The notes under the pieces are model-generated. The model saw only the letters and a list, made by a program, of their open reading frames with translations, was not told the DNA's origin and searched no databases. From Polyangiales bacterium (GTDB lineage Bacteria > Myxococcota_A > Polyangia > Polyangiales > JADJQN01), in the NCBI GenBank assembly GCA_964202905.1, contig CAXNJO010000003.1, positions 1 through 64,000 of the forward strand: a stretch of 64,000 nt of DNA. Direction: 5' to 3'. Below are positions 59,335 through 64,000 of the stretch, piece after piece. Numbering within the stretch: the stretch's first letter is position 1; every line of letters starts with the position of its first letter. The position numbers were made by a program, and so were the translations under genes.

Positions 59335-60384
59335 TGCGTGCTCGGCCGCGCGGCCGCCCCCGACGCCGCGAGGTCAGCCGCGGCGCGCCGACGCGCGGGC
59401 GCCTGAATCATGATCACCGGTAAGGAGGCGTCGCCACCCGCGGCGAGCGCGGGCGTCCTGCGCCTCGACGCCGCGCCGGCGAGGCCACGTCGGCGAGCGC
59501 CTCCGCGGCGCCCGTCGCGAACGGCGGCGCGACACCGCGCGCCCGCGCCCGCGCGTCGGCGTCCGCGGCTCGCCGCGCGAGCACCCCGCGCGCCCGCGAG
59601 CGTCGCCCGGGCGCCGTGCCATCGACCCAGAAATAGCTGCGGTTCCGGACGTCGACGTGCACGAAGCCGCTGAGCGCGTAGGTTCCGACGCCCGTGAAGG
59701 CCTCGCCGCGCAGGTGCTCGGCGAGCGCCGCGTCGCGCACGCCGGGGAGCACGATGTCCATGGCGCACCCCTGCGTGTGCCGGCTCGTCGCGCGGTCCTC
59801 GCGGAAACCGCTGACCACGTGCACGAACGGCACGCGGAAGCGCCGCTGCGCCCGATAGACGCGGTCGAGCAGGCCCGGCGTGATGGGGTGCCGCGCGCCG
59901 CTGCGCCGCGCCGCGAGCGCCTCCTCCGCGCGCGCGAGCGCCTCGGCGTCGAAGCCGCCATCGTCCCGCGCGGGCGTGAGCGCGACGGGCGCCCCGCCGG
60001 CGATCGGCACGAGGACGAGCGGAGGCCGCGGCGCCTGCGACGCCCACTCGCGCTGCGCCTCGAGCGACGCGGGCCGGTGCCAGCGCGCCCGCATCCGCCG
60101 GTAGCGCGCGCTCACGCCCGGTCGGCGCCCGCGCGGGGCACGCCTCCCACGCGCATGCGGGGCACGTCCGGGCCGCGACGCGTGTTGCGGCGCGTGCGTC
60201 CGGTGGGTCCCCGCGGCGCGCGCTGCGGGCCCGCGTCTTGCGCATCGAGTCCCGCCGGGGCCCCGAACATCGCGAAAAGAATCATGAAAACGACCCGCGC
60301 GACATGCGCCGCGAGCGACATGCGGCGGCGCGCGGCATGCGACCCCGGGGCACGCCCGGCGGCCTGCGGCGGCAGCGCGGACAT
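59331..60384 (-). CDS. YcbK/DUF882 (peptidase M15) family protein; frameshifts near 60137 and 59470-59490
   Basis: VVSGFR, SRH...AMD, GVGTY, FVHVDVR in ORF 59414-60115; signal-like N-part and coupled C-terminus lie in neighbouring frames. Confidence 0.8.
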
Positions 60385-60938
60385 CACCGCAGAATCTCCG
60401 GCAGTTCGATCTGCAGGTGGTGCAGCACGCTCTGCAGCGTCCGCTGCTCCTCGCGCACGGTGCGCAGGTGCGCCCGGTAGGCGCGGGGGTCGCCGCCGGC
60501 GAGCGAGGTGAGCGCGCGCTCGGTGTTCTCCGTGATGAGCAGCAGGTGCGGATGCAGGAGCCGCAGCTCCGGCGGCGGCGTCATGTGCCCCGTCATCAGC
60601 ACGAACTGCTGCGCGAGCGGCGCGGCGAAGCGCGCGAGCCCTTCGTTGCCCGGGTGCAGCTCGACCCAGCGCAGCGTGCGCCGCACCCCGTCGAGCAGGA
60701 GCACGAGGCGCTGGAGGTACTCGCGGCGTGCAGCGGGTTGCGCGTCGTCCACGCTCCCCGCCCCGCGCCCGGCCGGCCGGGGCGACGTCGTTCCAGCGCG
60801 CGCGACCTGCGCCGCCGCGTTCCCCGCGCTCCCCGTCCACAGCCCGGCCGAGGCGAGGAGCGCCGCGACCAGCACCGCCCCCGCGCGACGCACGACGCGT
60901 GACCGCCCACCAGCCTCGGTGCTGCGGGCCGTCGTCAC
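60384..60938 (-). CDS. Hypothetical exported helical protein
   Basis: Signal-like N-terminus; start/stop overlaps with both neighbours. Confidence 0.7.
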   Translation of the reverse strand: MTTARSTEAGGRSRVVRRAGAVLVAALLASAGLWTGSAGNAAAQVARAGTTSPRPAGRGAGSVDDAQPAARREYLQRLVLLLDGVRRTLRWVELHPGNEGLARFAAPLAQQFVLMTGHMTPPPELRLLHPHLLLITENTERALTSLAGGDPRAYRAHLRTVREEQRTLQSVLHHLQIELPEILR

Positions 60939-61669
60939 GGCGCGACGCCGACGCGCGCGTCGAGGACCGCGAGCGCGGCGTGCGCCGCCTGCTGCTCGGC
61001 CTCGGTCTTCGTGCGGCCGCGCCCCTCGCCGACGCGCTCACCGCTGAGCTCGAGCGCGACGTGGAAGGCGCGCTCGTGCAGCGGCCCCTCGACGCTGAGC
61101 AGCTCGTAGCGCGGCGCCGCGCCGCCGCCGCGCTGCACGCGCTCCTGCAGGCGCGTCTTGTGGTCGAGCGCGCCGGGCACGAGCGCGTCGAGGAGCGGCT
61201 CGAAGATCCGCGTCGCGACGGCCCGCGCGGCGTCGAAGCCCGCGTCGAGATGGACCGCGGCGACGCAGGCCTCGAGCGCGCCCGCGAGCAGCCGCGGCTT
61301 CTCGCGACCGCCCGTGCGCTCCTCGCCGCGACCGAGCCGGAGCGCCGCGCCGATCCCGAGTTCCGCCGCGAGCCGCGCGAGGGCCGGCCCGCTGACGAGC
61401 GCCGCGCGCCGCTGCGAGAGCTCGCCCTCGGGCGCGCCGGGGAAGCGCGCGTGCAGCAGGGTCGCGACGACGAAGCCGAGCACCGCGTCGCCCACGAACT
61501 CGAGCCGCTCGTTGTCGCGGCCGCGGCCCCCGGACTCGTTCACGAAGGACGTGTGCGTGAGCGCCTCGAGGAGCAGCGCCGGGGTCGCGAAGTCGTGGCC
61601 GAGCGCGCGGGCCACCTGGTCGGTGCTCGAGGGGGGGGTGTGGGGCGTTCTGTTCCGGACGGCGCGCAT
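60935..61669 (-). CDS. rnc: Ribonuclease III
   Basis: ALTHTS, NERLEFVGDAVL, EGELS, dsRBD DHKTRLQE...AEQQAA. Confidence 0.96.
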   Translation of the reverse strand: MRAVRNRTPHTPPSSTDQVARALGHDFATPALLLEALTHTSFVNESGGRGRDNERLEFVGDAVLGFVVATLLHARFPGAPEGELSQRRAALVSGPALARLAAELGIGAALRLGRGEERTGGREKPRLLAGALEACVAAVHLDAGFDAARAVATRIFEPLLDALVPGALDHKTRLQERVQRGGGAAPRYELLSVEGPLHERAFHVALELSGERVGEGRGRTKTEAEQQAAHAALAVLDARVGVAP

Positions 61670-61745
61670 GGGTGGGCTCAGCGGGCGAGCAGCATAGCCC
61701 GCGGGCGCCTTTCGCGCGCGCGCTGCGCGGGTTAGCCTCGCCGCC

Positions 61746-62054
61746 ATGCTCCTCGAGGACGGCAAGCTGCGCGGGAAGAAGGTCATCACGGCGGACGGCC
61801 GCGAGGTCGGCGAGATCGGCGCGCTCGAGATCGAACTCGACGTCTGGAAGGTGCAGTGGCTCGAGTTGAAGCTGCTGCGCGACGTGCTCGAGGCGCTGAA
61901 GCTGAAGAAGCCGCTCTTCGGCACCGTGCACGCGCGGCTCGCCCCCGAGCGCGTCCGCAACGTCACGGACAACGTCGTGCTCACGATCGACTTCGAGCAG
62001 CTCAGCGCGCTGCTCGCCTCGGACGAGCCGGACGGCGTCGAAAAAAAGAAGTAG
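61746..62054 (+). CDS. PRC-barrel domain protein
   Basis: LRGKKVITADGREVGEI. Confidence 0.8.
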   Translation: MLLEDGKLRGKKVITADGREVGEIGALEIELDVWKVQWLELKLLRDVLEALKLKKPLFGTVHARLAPERVRNVTDNVVLTIDFEQLSALLASDEPDGVEKKK

Positions 62055-62105
62055 TCAGCGCCACCTGCGCGTCAGTTCAGTGGAGGTCGTGCCGTCCTTG
62101 CCGGC

Positions 62106-62342
62106 ATGACCCGAGTCTCCGTTCACACCGAGTCCCTCCCCTACACCGCCGAGCTCCACGGGGGCGCCGTGAAGCTCTTCGTCGCCGGGCGTCTGGTCGG
62201 CGCCGGCGCCTGGTGCGTCGGCCGCATCCTGCCGACGAACGCCGGCCGCCTCGGCATCCCGCGCTACGTCGTCGAGGCGCTCGAGCGCGAGCTCTGCGCG
62301 GCCCTCGAGACACGGGCCGCGCTCCAACCGCGCGCCGCCTGA
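62106..62342 (+). CDS. Small hypothetical protein
   Basis: 78 aa, host-like codon use, fills the gap between genes. Confidence 0.5.
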   Translation: MTRVSVHTESLPYTAELHGGAVKLFVAGRLVGAGAWCVGRILPTNAGRLGIPRYVVEALERELCAALETRAALQPRAA

Positions 62343-62416
62343 GCGCCGCCACGCGACGAAGCGACGCCCGCCCTGCACGCGGACGCAGACGCGGGCCGCG
62401 CGCCGCCTGATCGCCG

Positions 62417-63169
62417 CTACGCGAAGAAGCGACGCCGGCCCTGCACGCGGACGCGGGCCGCGAGGCGGACCAGCTCGAGGCCCGCCTTCACCATCGAGGC
62501 GGCGCCGAGCTTGGAGCCGCCGACGTCGTGCCAGGCGTGCAGCGGCACCTCGATGAGCTTCTCCGGCGCGAGCGGGGTCACGCCCTCGCCGCCCGCGAGC
62601 AGACGTCCGAGCAGCTCCACGTCGAAGGCCCACCGCGAGGAGAACGGCGCCTCGAGCGCGTGCGCGAGCGCGCCGGTGCGCCGGAACAGCTTCGCGCCGC
62701 ACTGCGTGTCGTACACGGCGAGGTCGAGCGCGATCGACGCCGCCGTCGCGAACACGCGTCCGACGTAGTGCCGAAGCGGGTGCCGCGTGATGTCCGCGCC
62801 GAGTCGGGCGAGGCGCGATCCCATCGCGACGTCCGCGCGCGTGCGCGCGAGCTCGTCGGCGAGCCGCATCAGCTCGCGCGGCGGCGTCGCGAAGTCGGCG
62901 TCGTAGTAGCCGACGATCTCCGCCCCGCGCTCGAGCGACGCGCGCAGGCCCGCGCGCACGGCCTCGGCCTTGCCGCGGTTCTCGGGGAGGACGAGGTACG
63001 ACGCACGCCCCGGATGCTGCGCGCAGATCGCGGCGAGCACGTCGCGGGTCCCGTCGCGCGAGCCGTCGTCGACGAAGAGCAACGTGAAACGCGCGTCCTC
63101 GAGCACCGCCGCGACCTTCGCTGCGTCGAGGCGCCGGGCCTCGTTGTAACAGGGGATCGTGACGATCAC
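62417..63169 (-). CDS. Glycosyltransferase family 2 (Dol-P-glucose synthase-like)
   Basis: IPCYNE, VDDGSRD, NRGK, DAD, DTQCGAK, FDVELL; start uncertain. Confidence 0.92.
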   Translation of the reverse strand: MIVTIPCYNEARRLDAAKVAAVLEDARFTLLFVDDGSRDGTRDVLAAICAQHPGRASYLVLPENRGKAEAVRAGLRASLERGAEIVGYYDADFATPPRELMRLADELARTRADVAMGSRLARLGADITRHPLRHYVGRVFATAASIALDLAVYDTQCGAKLFRRTGALAHALEAPFSSRWAFDVELLGRLLAGGEGVTPLAPEKLIEVPLHAWHDVGGSKLGAASMVKAGLELVRLAARVRVQGRRRFFA

Positions 63170-63355
63170 GGCCGGGGGCGTAGCACGGCGCCCCCGCGCT
63201 GACGACAGCGGCCCCGGCACGCCCAACCCGGTCGCACGACCGCCTGCGCGACGCCGACGCGGCACGCGTCCCCCCGGCACGCGGCCCCGCGATGCGTCGC
63301 GTCCATGGCGCGCAACTCCTTGAAAATGCGGCGCGCGCGCGTCACACCCCGCGGC

Positions 63356-63661
63356 ATGAAGCGCAAGCCCATGCTGACCAAGCGCGAGAAGAAGACCCTC
63401 GAGCCCCCGCGCACGCCGCGCACGCGCCCCGTGGCGGCGCAGGCCGGCGGCCAGGGCCACCAGCACATCCACTGCATCGCGTGCGGACGGCACATCGACG
63501 CGAGCGAGCTCAGCGGCGCGGTGCCGAAGGCGCGCGTGCTCACCTGCCAGCACGGCTCGCAGTTCGCCTCGTGCGTCGGCTGCGTCGAGGGCAGCCAGCG
63601 CCTGATCGACGAGCACGACGCGCTCAACCAGCCCGTGAAGGCCGCCGCGGCCTGGCACTGA
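63356..63661 (+). CDS. Small putative metal-binding protein
   Basis: HIHCIAC, CQH, CVGC; basic N-terminus. Confidence 0.75.
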   Translation: MKRKPMLTKREKKTLEPPRTPRTRPVAAQAGGQGHQHIHCIACGRHIDASELSGAVPKARVLTCQHGSQFASCVGCVEGSQRLIDEHDALNQPVKAAAAWH

Positions 63662-63721
63662 CGGCGACCCGCGCGGGCTCCGCGGGAGGCGGGTCCGCTG
63701 TGCGCCGGGGGGAACTCCCGA

Positions 63722-63958
63722 CCGCAGGCGGGTGAGGGTGCCCGCCGCATCTGGGCGAGACCACACGCTGCATGATGGTGGACCTCCACCGCTCGCGGAC
63801 GAGCCCGCCACCGGATGTGAGTGACACCGCGCACCGAATGCGGGTGAATGCACCGACCGCATGCGGGCACTGCCCCACGGCTTCCGGGTGAGTTCGCCCG
63901 CCGCATCCGGGTGAGACCACCCGCCGCATCCGGGTGAGACCACCCGCCGCGTGCGGGG
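63722..63958. repeat. Degenerate ~21-23-bp tandem array, about 10-11 units
   Basis: Consensus ccgcatccgggtgagaccacccg; exact copies at 63901 and 63924. Confidence 0.75.
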
Positions 63959-64000
63959 TTCCGATCGCGGCGCGCGGGCGAGGCCGTGCGTGATGCGCGT

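Noticed and set aside
63722..63958. CRISPR array
   Set aside because: Units are contiguous and degenerate with no unique spacers, and no cas genes are in the window

Overview
High-GC bacterial chromosomal window. Gene content (MYXO-CTERM protease, many Cys-rich lipoproteins, Hanks kinases, b'/b ATP synthase subunits) suggests Myxococcota, probably Polyangia (inference). The first ~8.9 kb looks accessory: nested IS3/IS66 remnants, two small Cys-motif lipoproteins, a ~1,840-aa Cys-repeat lipoprotein with 351-bp tandem repeats, and a 5'-truncated TetR-like gene at the right edge. The rest is mostly core genes (split atp operon, tal, tkt, rnc, asparaginase, RpoH-like sigma) mixed with surface proteins carrying SRCR, CAP, VWA, RTX, RCC1 and trypsin domains. 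Best observations: (1) atpF'FHAG and atpDC are 16 kb apart yet share a near-identical promoter; (2) many genes have a TANNNT hexamer 6-11 nt before the start codon and no Shine-Dalgarno, consistent with widespread leaderless expression; (3) an SRCR-domain lipoprotein; (4) the giant repeat lipoprotein; (5) a 29-aa membrane peptide missed by the ORF track; (6) a degenerate ~23-bp intergenic array at the right end. About ten single-base frameshifts cluster at 7.5-15.8 kb and 57-60 kb and may be assembly errors. No rRNA, tRNA or CRISPR array was seen. All family calls come from motif recognition by eye, not database searches.
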